From Phyllobates terribilis (lineage: Eukaryota), in NCBI RefSeq assembly GCF_046119375.1, contig NW_027362769.1, positions 397,854,001 through 397,918,000 of the forward strand: a stretch of 64,000 nucleotides of DNA, written 5' to 3'. A program made the position numbers and the translations under genes. Below the pieces are notes generated by a model. That model searched no databases, had not been told where the DNA came from, and saw nothing but the letters and a program-made list of their open reading frames with translations. Of the stretch, positions 31,101 through 53,004 are shown one piece after another. Positions within the stretch are counted from its first letter, which is position 1. Each line of letters starts with the position of its first letter.

Positions 31101-32950
31101 GATTGTCCTGAAGTACCCATCTGGTTTGGGGACCAAGAAGAGCGAGGAGAAGAATCCGTGTCCCTCTTCTGTTTTCGGAACCTCAATCAGGACGTTTTTG
31201 TCTGTTAGGTCTTGAATTTCCGATACGAGGGCAGTCTGCCGCTCTGGGGAGGAACTAGAGGGAATAATCATGAATCTTCTGTAAGGAAGGGCTTGAAATT
31301 GAAATTTAAGACCAATTAGGCTCAAAATCCAACTGCTATGTGTAATACGTTCCCAAGCCGGGAAAAACAAAGACAATCTCCCTCCCACCTGGACAGATTG
31401 TGATTCCCCTGGCTTCTGCTCATCTTTGGAAGAACCACCAAAGAGTAGGCCTCTACCTTTGCGACCTCTTTCTTCAAATTTTTCCTGTTCTCTAAAAAAT
31501 CTTCTTCGGACAAATTTCTTTCTCCGAAATGATTTCTTAAGAGAGGGTAGAGATACAGACGGAAACCCCTTCTTAGGATCTCCAGCTTTTTCCAAAAGTT
31601 CATCCATGGTTTGGCCGAAAAGATATTCCCCCTCACAAGAAATTGTACAAAGTCTAGATTTCGTTTTTACATCTCCAGGCCAGCACTTAAGCCATAGGGC
31701 TCATCCTCAAACGCGTCAGCAAGAAAGGCCGCTGCACCCTGGACTAGGGGAAGGGAAGAAATAATCTCCTTCCTGGAGACACCCTTCTTCAGTTGGTTGT
31801 CTAGCTGTTCCAGCCAGACCATCAGGGCTCTGGATGTGCAGGTGGCAGCTACTGCTGGTTTCAGGGCTCCTGCAGTAGTCTCCCATGCACCTTTCAAAAA
31901 GGTATCTTGTTTTCTGTCCAGGGGGTCTCTTAAAGCTCCCATGTCATCGAAGGGGAGAGAAGACTTCTTTGATGCCTTAGCAATGGCAACATCAAGCCTT
32001 GCAGCCTTTGACCAAGAGGAACTTGTGGCATCAGATACCTCCTTTTGAAGGAGGGAGGAATGCTGCCCTTCCTCTCTGGCTTTTGCCACTCTCTATCAAT
32101 AAGATCTTTTAGTATTCATGGGGAAGCATCTCTTCTTTTTCTGACCTAATCCCCCAAACATTACATCCTCCAAAGATTTTTCTGGTCTAGTGTCCACAAC
32201 GCCCACGGTAGTTCGGACAGCTTTTACCAAGGCATCAACCTCATGCAGAGGAAAACATTGTCTATCAGATTCGCTATTAGAGGAAGAGAGAAAGTAGGAA
32301 GAAATGTCTGAGATATCGGGAGTCTGAGCCTGGTCGACAGTCCTGAGGAGAATGCCTGGCCTCAGAATTCCCTCGCAAAGCCTTGCCTATTTCTTCTTTA
32401 ATTAAAGTCTTTAGACCTAAGGAAAACCCTAGGGTTTCTTCCGTCATCACCCTGTCAATACAAGCTTGGCACAATTTAACATATGCATCAGGGAGCGGAT
32501 GGCTGCATAGGGCACATTCCTTATGTTTTGATTTAAATGAACATTTTTGGTCTGAAAAAATTATAGACAGAAGGAGAAGAATTAGTAGAACTTTCACAAA
32601 GATTCCACTTACCCCCTGGAATATGTGGTACCGTAGAAACAGAGGAATCCTTCTTAACCGGCGGAGAATCACGCCAAACAAAAGGACCTTCCTTCCTACT
32701 TTTTGCATTGAACTTCCTAGTTGAAGGACTGGACCCAGACCGGGAACGACGTTGCACCGCCTGTTGTGAGGGCTCCCCAGAGGGCTGCTCCACCAGCAGT
32801 TGTTCTTGCTGAGGTGATAGCTGCTCTTGTGAATCTCCCATATTGAAAAAACAATGGGCTGGGAAGCACCTCTGTATGCTGCCAGGTCCTTTTTATACTG
32901 GCCATACCTGGTACCTGTATTTCAAGTAGTCACCAGATACAACGCAAACC
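28179..32950 (-). mobile_element. Second, divergent DIRS1-type retrotransposon (DIRS-B), lacking its 5' ITR
   Basis: gag 32841-31667; RT 31607-30318 (LDLKDAYYH, YLDDFL); RNase H/methyltransferase-like 30236-29568; tyrosine recombinase 29372-28697. 3' ITR and extension about 28180-28310; internal complementary region about 28465-28550. Confidence 0.93.
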
Positions 32951-33719
32951 TCTAGGACGGGGTGATTGCTCCAAAGTTAACTTTGGGGACCTTCAATAAA
33001 AGAGAAGCCTATTGTCCACATATACAGGAAGAGCTCACCCGCCTGTGCGCCAGAAGAAAATGGGAGCAACGCAAAAAAAAAAGGGCTACATATCGGCCCA
33101 GAAGTAGGATATAGATTTCTCTAGACTAAAGCCAGACAAAGCATCAGAGTCCGGCTGCTGCACCTGCACGTTGGCCAACAAGTTTACAGTCTGTATTAAT
33201 CAAGGATATAGTATGGTTAAGACTCGGGCATGTGAGGACAAGGTCATTACGTGAGCAGACGAAGCAATAGATCCCAGTTCTGGGCGTAAAGCCTGAATGG
33301 CACTCGTTTTATGTCTGGCAGAGGGCCATCTCTGGTTCACATTCAGATTTGCCCTTACATGTAATTTTTTTGTAGCTATCGATCAGTATCTTGAAAGATG
33401 CAGTTCCCAAAATGGGGGTCACTTAAATATGCATCTTTCCTCCTTCTGCCGTTCCCAGTATCAGGTTGCAGACACTGCAGAAAGCTTTCACTTTGCATTG
33501 GTTCCTCCGCTTATTCGTTTCTTGCCCCCTACCCTCACGGATGAGGGGTGCAGTTGTGACCGCTGGGTTGGGAGAATATTTTAACACCTTAAAAAGCTTT
33601 TGCAAACCTGAAACCTCCTCAAAAGATTCCCCCTAAAGTCCACACTTGTTCCTTCATTTCTGAGGCTGTTGCAGTCGGGACAACATGGTTTTCCTACTCG
33701 CCGGGTTACAGACATTTAA

Positions 33720-34051
33720 AGGGGTATTCCAATCTCATAGATCCCCTCCCAATATGTAGTAGGTGTAATATTAGCAAATTCATCCGATTAGAAATGTAGT
33801 ATAGTTTTTCTGATTCACTATGTCTTCTTCCTCACGTGTGCGCATTGCAGGACCTTTAGGTATCCACTAGCAACTAGCTGTCACTATATCAGTGGACGTA
33901 ACCATGGATACCTAAGGTCCTGCAATGCCAGCACATGAGGAAAGACATAGCGAATCAGAAAAACTATACTACATTTTTAATTGTAGGTATTTGCTAATAT
34001 TACTACACCTACTACATATTGGGATGGGATCTTGGAGATGGGAATACCCCT
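33720..34051. mobile_element. Kolobok/T2-type foldback MITE
   Basis: TIRs AGGGGTATTCC / GGAATACCCCT with TTAA TSD at 33716-33719 and 34052-34055. The two halves are largely reverse complements. Confidence 0.85.
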
Positions 34052-34649
34052 TTAATAACCAAGGTGAGGTGAGATATTAGAAGAGAAATTCATATTTTCA
34101 AAAATACTAATGTATTTTATTTTTTTTTAAACTGATTAATGGGCGACAATTTACAACAAATACAATGTCAGGAAAACGTGTGAATCAGTTGGATGAGTAA
34201 TTTCATTACTGAAGTTCTTCCCACGTAATGGGACGCGTCACATTCTCACTACCGCACCTGAATGCTTCATATTTCTGCACGTCGTCATCTGGTGCCATCA
34301 TGGGGCCCGGAGCCGATGCCTGACCCTGCCCGACTGGCAACTCCGGCTGAGCAATCCTTCCTGCCACTGCTCATCTACCAGCTGAAAATGGGATTAATTC
34401 ACAAACGTCACAAAGACAGAAGGGCAGCGGGGGGGGGGGGGGGGGGGGGGCAGTACGACCAAGGGGCAGCGGGGGGGGGGGGCAGTACGACCAAAGGGCA
34501 GCGGGGGGGCCAACTACGACCAAAGGGTCATCGCTCGACCAGTTCTATCCTCAGCACTCACAGCTCCAGGTTCATTGCTCATCTGCATGGTTAACAGACA
34601 AAACTGATGTGGAACCGCTACAAACCCCACAGCCAACTGCATGATCCAG

Positions 34650-34950
34650 GACACACCCCTCAGCTGTTCACGGGCCCCTGAGACGCACCCCTCGGCTGTT
34701 CACGGGCCCGAGACGCACCCCTCGGCTGTTCACGGGCCCCTGAGACGCACCCCTTGGCTGTTCACGGGCCCCTGAGACGCACCCCTCGGCTGTTCACGGC
34801 CCCCCCCCCCCCCCCCGAGACGCACCCCTCGGCTGATCACAGGCCCCCGGACGCACACCCCCCCTCGGCTGATCACGGGCCCCCGGACGCACCCCCCTTC
34901 GGCTGATCACGGGCCCCCGGACGCACCCCCCCTTGGCTGATCACAGGCCC
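34650..34950. repeat. About 33-bp tandem repeat downstream of FUS
   Basis: Unit GAGACGCACCCCTCGGCTGTTCACGGGCCCCT, about 9 copies. Confidence 0.85.
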
Positions 34951-35139
34951 AAAGCTGATCACTGGTCCCTGTACACACCCACAGCAGGCCACGGGCCCCT
35001 GTACACACGTTGCATTAGGTGGGCCCCGGTAACCCCCCTACAGACAGGTCTCGATGTCTACCTGGTCCCTCTACAGCGGTTACACACCGCTGAATACAAC
35101 TTCTCCAGGAGTGACGAGATGCTTACACACAAGTTTCAG

Positions 35140-35145
35140 TTTAAT
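35140..35145 (-). terminator. Proximal FUS polyadenylation signal (ATTAAA)
   Basis: Minus-strand CCCATTAAAC, 155 nt after the stop. A distal AATAAA lies at 34116-34121. Confidence 0.55.
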
Positions 35146-35300
35146 GGGTGAGGACTTTACAAATACTGATAAAATACACAGCGCACTGCGGGGAGGTCAT
35201 ACAAAGTATACATAAATTTAGAACAGTTCAGCAAGAATCCATAGGATACATCATATGTATAAAATAAAAACAGTATAACAGTAGAAATGGAGCATCAGGG

Positions 35301-45213
<9,913 letters not shown>

Positions 45214-45763
45214 GATCGCTGTCCCGGCCTGTTACACGCTCCTTCTCCTCTGTCTCTCCGCGCCGCAGTGACGGGGGCGGGGTCTGTGCAGCCTCTTATA
45301 TACACTCGGACCGAACCATCTGGCTGTGCCTGCGAGGGGGGGGGAGGCGGGTGCAGGACTGGTATCGTCCTGTGACGATATATAAAGGCTTCAGTCATAG
45401 TTCTGTGTGATAATTCCACGGCACTGAGTGAGGTAATAGTTTATAATGACGGCAGCTTTCACTTTAGGTGATAAATATGTTGAAATTTAACTTTTTTCTC
45501 TTAAATTGTGTAAAACATCGTATTACGGACGCACACAGTCGTGTCCGCTATCGTTGTATAAGTTTCTGCCTCAGTTTCCTCGGCGCAGAGCTGTCTGACA
45601 CCGCCATTTGTGCCGTGAGAGACCGTCGGGGTCGGCGCCATGTTTTGACAGAAAAATTGCGCCACGTGCTTCCGGCAATGGTTATAGAGGGCCCTAGTCT
45701 CATTGCCGGGCGGCTGTGGTGCAGTTGGCGGCCATGTTTGCCCCCTCTACTCCTCTCCTTTTT

Positions 45764-46300
45764 CTCAGGGCGGCGGTTTTCCTTCATTTTCCTGTCAGTG
45801 AGGGACGTCCCGAAGCCCACGATGGCCGCCGGTGGGGCGTGAAGCCGCCATTGTGTGCAGAGACCACAGGAATTGACCGCTTTCATCCAGAACACGGTGA
45901 CCAAACTCCCAATAGGGACAAATATGGCAGCCGGCCGCGAATATGCCGGACGACATGGCGCAGTCGCCTAGCAACAGGCGGGTGAGGTGATGACAAGATG
46001 GCCGACGCCCAGCGTTTCCACAGAGTTTCTCTCAGGGCGGCGGGTTTCCTTCATTTTCCTGTCAGTGAGGGACATCCTGAGCCCACGATGGCCGCCGGTG
46101 GGGCGTGAAGCCGCCATTGTCTGCAGAGACCACAGGAGAAGCCGCCGTCGTCCAGAACACGGTGAGAAATCTACCGACCAAAGTCCCAATAGCAACAAAT
46201 ATGGCAGCTGGGCTCAAAGATACCGGACGACATGGCGCAGTCGCCTAGCAACAGGCGGGTGAGGTGATGACAAGATGGCGGACACCCAGCGTTTCCTCAC
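45764..46300. repeat. 267-bp tandem duplication inside the CpG island
   Basis: 45764-46030 and 46031-46300 align throughout (ctcagggcggcgg ... cctagcaacaggcgggtgaggtgatgacaagatggc). Confidence 0.85.
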
Positions 46301-48215
46301 AGGGTTCACCGGTTTACTCGTACCCCAGCTTTCTCTGACCTCTTGGGTCGTCGCGGCACGGAGGAATTTACGAGCCGCCATTTTTACGACATGGATCCTC
46401 TGAGGGAAAAACGTCCTGCGTCCTGTCAGATAAGTTTGCGCAGTGATGGCGGAGTCTCTGTTTCCTTCACATCTGGTCAGAAAAAGGTCCACACGACTGT
46501 ATTGCGGTACAGGTCCCTGTGTGACCGGGACTAACAGCGTCGTAGGGGGTCGGAGCGGACGGTACGGTCCTGAAAACCTTCCCTGGGTTATTCTCAGCCG
46601 TGAAGTGACGGCACAAGCTCTGTGTGTCACGCAGCTGCCCCCCCCCTGTTCACTGAAGATGGTTTCTCCCATTACTAGCAGAGACCAGTCTGGTCCCAAC
46701 TAAAGGACAAAGAATGGGGGGGGGGGGGAGGGGTGCGATGGCTCAGGCGGTACATGGAGGACAGATGGTCAGAAATGTCAGCACAGGCAGAGCAGTGATG
46801 TTAACGTCTGTGGGGAAAAAGTTTATTTGGTCGCCTCATCTGACTCATTGTCCGCAGATGCGACACATGATAGTGGCCTTCCCTCTAATGCCACTGGGTG
46901 GTGCCAAACTTTTGCACATTACAGGTGTAAAGATCCCCATATAATTGGAGACCGGTTACAGCCACACCTAGTATATAGGCTCCACCCACAGTCACCCTGT
47001 CTATAGGCTCCACCCACAGTCACATCACGTATAGGCTCCACCCACCATCAAGCCATCTATAGGCTGCACCCACAGTCACCCCATCTATAGGTTCTACACA
47101 GTCACACAGCTTTAGGCTCCACCCACAGTCACCCTGTCTATAGGCTCTACCCACAGTCACATCACGTATAGGCTCCACCCACCATCAAGCCATCTATAGG
47201 CTGCACCCACAGTCACCCATCTATAGGTTCTACACAGTCACACAGCTTTAGGCTCCACCCACAGTCATTCCATCTATAGGCTCCACCCACAGTCAACACC
47301 ATATATAGACTCCATCCACAGTCACCCTGTCTATAGGCTCTACCCACAGTCTCCTCACGAATAGGCTCCACCCACCATCAGGCCATCTATAGGCTCTACA
47401 CAGTCACATAGCTTTAGGCTCCACCCACAGTCATTCCATCTATTGGCTCCACCCAGTCAACCCCCTCTATAGGCTCCACCCACAGTCAACCCCCTCTATA
47501 GGCTCCACCCACAGTCAACCCCCTCTATAGGCTCCACCCACAGTCAACCCCCTCTATAGGCTCCACCCACAGTCAACCCCCTCTATAGGCTCCACCCACA
47601 GTCAACCCCCTCTATAGGCTCCACCCACAGTCAACCCCTCTATAGGCTCCACCCACAGCCACTCATCTATAGGCTCCACCCACAGCCTTCCCCATCTATA
47701 GGCTCCACCCACAGTCTTCCCCATCTACAGGCTCCACCCACAGTCTTCCCCATCTACAGGCTCCACCCACAGTCTTCCCCATCTACAGGCTCCACCCACA
47801 GTCTTCCCCATCTACAGGCTCCACCCACAGTCTTCCCCATCTACAGGCTCCACAGTCAACCCCCTCTATAGGCTCCACCCACAGTCAACCCCCTCTATAG
47901 GCTCCACCCACAGTCAACCCCCTCTATAGGCTCCACCCACAGTCACACTCATCTATAGGCTCCACCCACAGCCACTCATCTACAGGCTCCACCCACAGTC
48001 TTCCCCATCTACAGGCTCCACCCACAGTCTTCCCCATCTACAGGCTCCACCCACAGTCTTCCCCATCTACAGGCTCCACCCACAGTCTTCCCCATCTATA
48101 GGCTCCACATACAGTCTACCCCTGTCTATAGGCTCCACATACAGTCACCCCTGTCTATAGGCTCCACATACAGTCACCCCTGTCTATAGGCTCCATCTGC
48201 AGTCACACCCATGTA

Positions 48216-50361
48216 CAGTTGTGCTCAAAAGTTTACATACCCCAGCAGAATTTTTCCTTTCTTGGCCTTGTTTCAGAGAATATGAATGATAACAAAAAAT
48301 TTTTTTTTGTCTCCACTCATGGTTATTGGTTGGGTGAAGCCATTTATTGTCAGTCTACTGTGTTTTCTCTTATTAAATCTTAATGACAACCAAAAACATC
48401 CAAATGACCCTGATCAAAAGTTCACAGACCCCAGTTCTTAATACCGTGTATTGCCCCCTCTAACATCAATGACAGCCTGAAGTCTTTTGTGGTAGTTGTG
48501 GATGAGGTTCTTTATTTTCTCAGATGGTAAAGCTGCCCATTCTTCTTGGCAAAAAGCCTCCAGTTCCTGTAAATTCCTGGGCTGTCTAGCATGAACTGCG
48601 CGCTTGAGATCTTCCCAGAATGGCTCAATGATATTGAGGTCAGGAGACTGAGATGGCCACTCCAGGACCTTCACTTTGTTCTGCTGTAGCTAATGTACTA
48701 GCGTTAATTCATCGCACTCTCTGTAGGGATAGACTCTTAGTAGTGGTGAGTAGCGGCGCGGGCTGCGCCTTGCTTATGGCAGCCCGCGCCGCTACTCCCC
48801 ACTACCAGCTCAGCCCTGCCGTCGGCCAGTCACTGACTTCTACTAAACTACTGAAACCAGCATTACCTGGATCACTAAGAGTCTATCCCTACAGAGATCT
48901 GACTCCTGGTCTTAAGAATAGCCTAAATCCTCAACCCCTACATCAGCCAGCAGCAATAGCGACTGAATTGAATAAGGCCAATTTAGGCCGAAACGTCCCA
49001 ATATATTGTCGCCACCCATCACTGGTCTGATTAATCTAATTTATGCTCTATCAATGAATTACACTTTATCACAACTAAGAGAATGCGATGAATTAATGCT
49101 AGTACATTGTCTTGGGCTCACCAGTCCATTGCATCTGCACCTCGCCTAATGACAGAGTGCACGCCAATTTATCTACTTATCTGTTGTAGCTAATGACAGG
49201 TCGACTTGGCTTTGTGTTTTGGATCGTTGTCATGTTGGAACGTCCAAGTACGTCCCATGCGCAGCTTCCGAGCTGATGAGTGCAAATTTGCCTCCAGTAT
49301 TTGCTGATAACGTGCTGCATTCATCTTTCCTTCAGCTTTTACAAAGTTTCCTGTGCCTTTGTAGCTAACACATCCCCAAAACATCAGCGATTCACCTCCG
49401 TGCTTTACTGTAGGAATGGTGTTCCTTTCATCATAGGCCTTGTTGACCTCTCTCCAAATGTAACTTTTATGGTTGCGGCCAAAAAGTTCAATTTTGGTCT
49501 CATCACTCCAAATTACCTTGTTTCAGAGGTTTTGAGGCTTGTCTCTGTGCTGTTTGGCGTATTGTAGGCGAGATACTTTGTGGCATTTGCGCAGTAATGG
49601 CTTTCTTCTGGCGACTCGACCATGTAGCCCATTTTTCTTCAAGTGCCTCCTTATTGTGCATCTTGAAACAGCCACACCGCTAGTTTTCAGACAGTCCTGA
49701 ATTTCAGCTGATTTTATTTGTGGGTTTTTCTTTGCATCCCGAACAATTTTCCTGGCAGTTGTGGCCGAAATGTTGTTGGTCTACCTGACCGTGGTTTGGT
49801 TTTTACAGAGCCCCTGGTTTTCCATTTGTTAATTACAGTTTGAACGCTGCTGACTGGCATTATCAATTCCTTGGATATCTTTTTGTATCCCTTTCCTGTG
49901 TTATACAGTTCAACTACCTTTTCCCGTAGATCCTTTTTACAATTCTTTTGCTTTCCCCATGAGTCACAATCCAGAAACATCAGTGGCTGGATGAAAGATG
50001 CAAGAGTCTGTCTGGATCCCAGAAACTCACTCAGCTTTTATGCACACCCACTGATTACAAACAAACAGGTTACAGGTGAGGATGTTACCTTTAGTAGCCA
50101 TTCAACCCCATTTGTGTCAAATTCTGTGCATATTATCAGGCCAAAATCACCAGGGTATGTGAACTTTTGATCAGGGTCATTTGTATGTTTTTGGTTGTCA
50201 TTATGAGTTCAAAAAAGAAAACACAGTAGTTTGACAATAAATGGCTTCACCCAACCGATAACCATGAGCAGAGAAAAAGTTTTTTTGTTATCCATATTCT
50301 CTGAAACAAGGCCAAGAAAGGAAAAATTCTGCCGGGGTATGTAAACTTTTGAGCACAACTG
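48216..50361 (-). mobile_element. Full-length inactive Tc1 transposon with an internal insertion
   Basis: TIRs CAGTTGTGCTCAAAAGTTTACATACCCC at both ends; TA on the left (48214-48215), mutated to AA on the right. Transposase pieces 49980-49714, 49384-49190 (FQHDNDPKH) and 48674-48438 (WPSQSPDLNIIE). Confidence 0.95.
48694..49185. mobile_element. About 490-bp structured non-coding insertion, possibly Penelope-related
   Basis: Flanked by a ~15-bp duplication CTG(C/T)TGTAGCTAATG; contains three inverted-repeat pairs and a GGCC-loop-GGCC-GAAACGTC motif. Confidence 0.6.
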
Positions 50362-50939
50362 AATAGGCTCCACCCACAGTCACCCCATCTATAGGCTCCA
50401 CCCACAGTCAATCACATCTATAGGCTCCATCCAGTGTCATACCAGTCTATAGGCTCCACCCACAGTCTCATCCCCACCTATAGGCTCTACCCACAGTCAC
50501 CCGCCATCTCTGCCCCTATAGGGGTCAGTACGTAAATTACTGTCCTGTAGATAATGAAATAATGAGATGGAAATAATGATTTTGACTGAACCATAGATCT
50601 GTATCATCACTGGTAATGAACCATAAGACTGTTTCCCGATGTCCCATCTTCGCCCTCTTTTTCATGTTTTCTTCTTGGTCGACCTCTTGGTTTTTGCATT
50701 CTTTAAAATTTGTTTCTTGATAGGCAGCGTGACTGCCACAGAAATAGGACGGTGTTTTTTTGGGGAGGAGTCACCACAGAATATTATGACTTTTCCTTCT
50801 CTTTATTTTGGACATCGCCCCTTATATAGAGGAATGGACTTTTTTTTTCTGGGGGTATTATGATGTCTGCAGGGGGGTCTGATTGGTTTCTTAGGTGTTA
50901 CCCTACAAAGGGGTCAGATTCATTATCCTTGCCCAGTCA

Positions 50940-51385
50940 TTATGGACTTCCTTACCTCTTTCCGGGCATTTTAGACTTTTTTATCTCATCATTATGGACC
51001 TTCTTATCCCTTCCCTGGTCATTACGGACCTCTTTACCACTTGTCCAATAGTAATGGACTTCCTTACCCATTGCACAGTCGTAATGGACCTTTTCACCCC
51101 TTGCTCAGACGTTATGGGCCTGTTCACCCCTTGCTCAGACGTTATGGGCCTGTTCACCCCTTGCTCAGACGTTATGGGCCTGCTCAGACGTTATGGGCCT
51201 GTTCACCCCTTGCTCAGACGTTATGGGCCTTTTCACCCCTTGCTCAGACGTTATGGGCCTTTTCACCCCTTGCTCAGACGTTATGGGCCTTTTCACCCCT
51301 TGCTCAGACGTTATGGGCCTTTTCACCCCTTGCGCAGACGTTATGGACCTTTTCGCCTTTTGCCCGGACATTATGGACCTTCTCG
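50940..51385. repeat. 30-bp tandem repeat, divergent at the edges and homogeneous in the centre
   Basis: Core unit TTATGGGCCT(G/T)TTCACCCCTTGCTCAGACG. Confidence 0.85.
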
Positions 51386-51493
51386 GCATCAGAAGTGATA
51401 TCCTGCCACACATGAGGACGGTGAGACCTTCCATTGTCCCTCCGCGGACCTGGCATAAAGGGATGACAGGTATATTAAACCCGGGCCTGGAGC

Positions 51494-52931
51494 ATGGTGT
51501 ATGAGATGGTTCTGGAGATCGCAGGAGGTAAGGGTAATAACGCACCAAGTAGGCGGGGGTCTGTGCAGCATCTAGGGGGGCAAATAGGGTGCACCACTGA
51601 GAAGGAAAATGTGGGCTCCACTAGACGGAAAGAACATTTAAAAGTCACTTTGGTTTATGGTAATCCAGGGATGATCACGCCATGGAGAAAGCTACATGAG
51701 GACATCATAATATAATGATGACCTCATAATTCATCTGTAACAAGAGCATGGCGACACACCCAATGACACGCCCCATGATGATGTCATCCCCACATCACAG
51801 TATTCCGCCGTGAGGTCATAATATATTGTGACGTCATCACCCAGTGTATAAAACGTGGTGAGTGAGTCACTGGCGTCACATTGTCCTAGCGCGTTATACA
51901 GACGAAGAAGAGGATCATTCCCGCGTTTCACCGGTTTCTGTCTCTTCTGAGATGGATCATCGTATGACTGACGTCAGACAATACGGTAGCAGCGCTCAGA
52001 CACCGGCCGCCACCAGACGGCGTACGCCTCCCACAGGCCTGTACATGCCGCTAATGAGTCCCTGCGTGGTCGTAGCGGAGCCACAGGGTAAGATGATATA
52101 TTTTTTTACTATGAGGCCCCCTAGTGGTGGAGATGAGTAGACCAATCACTGAGGACTGTGATGTAATATACAGGTAGCAGATGATAGCCCGCCATGCGGT
52201 GCTTATGGAATGCTGTGACATCATAAAGGCAGCAGACGCATCACGGTTCCGTGGTCCGGACCCCATAGTGGTGGCCCCTCAGCTGCCGGATTGTATAAGT
52301 TGGTGTAAAGACTGAACATTACCCAATGTGACGACCTCCATGTTCTCTCTCTCTAGGTGGTGTCTATAATATTGCTTGGATCCCACTTTTTCCTGCTCAG
52401 TGGTGCCCCCTGCCTCCCGCCATCTTTCCCCCATACACCTTGCTCCAGACTCAGGATGTATACAACCCTCACCTTCTCACATCCGGTTCCGGGAGGGTCA
52501 ATGACCAAGCCTCACCGCTCTCAGCCAAAGTCAATAACACCCCCCAGGGCAATATACACAACCCCTCTGCAGGGGTAAGACCCCACAACCCTCCAGACCA
52601 CAGAGCGGACATCATAGTTCTCCCACAGCAAGCTCCATACCCCGGTGCGGTGGGTGATGTTCAAAAAGAGCAGAAGGAAAAGCTAAAATCTCCTGAAGTG
52701 CCACCAGCCCGACCACCAGAGGGTCAGAAAAGCGGCCCGACTACGGGGCTCACGCTGCCGATAAAGAAACAAATCTTACAAAAAGTCCGAAAGAATCACC
52801 AAATCCAAGACAGCGACCGAGAAGACAAAGAATACAGAACCTGCAAGACGGTGAAATTCAACCCTTCAGCAGACCCGAAGACCTTGTCAAGTCTCCTGAA
52901 GGAGCATGAGAAGAAGGCGAAACGTCGTTAG
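51494..52931 (+). CDS. Uncharacterised 268-aa protein (three-exon gene model)
   Basis: Exons 51494-51527, 51890-52087 and 52357-52931. Strong Kozak context AGCATGG with an in-frame stop at 51476; donors GAG|GTAAGG and AGG|GTAAGA; acceptors ...tcctag and ...ctctctctag; both introns phase 1; 807 nt open frame; AATAAA at 52961-52966. Confidence 0.7.
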
Positions 52932-53004
52932 GGTCACTGATCAGATTTATACAGCATCAGAATAAAAATATCTCATCCTGACAGTGCGTATGTAATGTAT
53001 CTAA

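Larger units (their letters stand above)
46970..50500. repeat. About 29-bp minisatellite split by a Tc1 insertion (46970-48210 and 50362-50500)
   Basis: Unit CTATAGGCTCCACCCACAGTC plus a variable 7-8 nt tail. Confidence 0.9.

Noticed and set aside
50895-51504. MGLFTPCSDV repeat ORF as an N-terminal extension of the orphan gene
   Set aside because: The frame is broken by a partial unit near 51180 and by irregular outer units, and a stop at 51476 precedes the modelled ATG in frame.
52895-52930. Hammerhead-like CTGAAGG...GCGAAACGTC at the end of the orphan ORF
   Set aside because: The core is not CUGANGA and no stem II can form.
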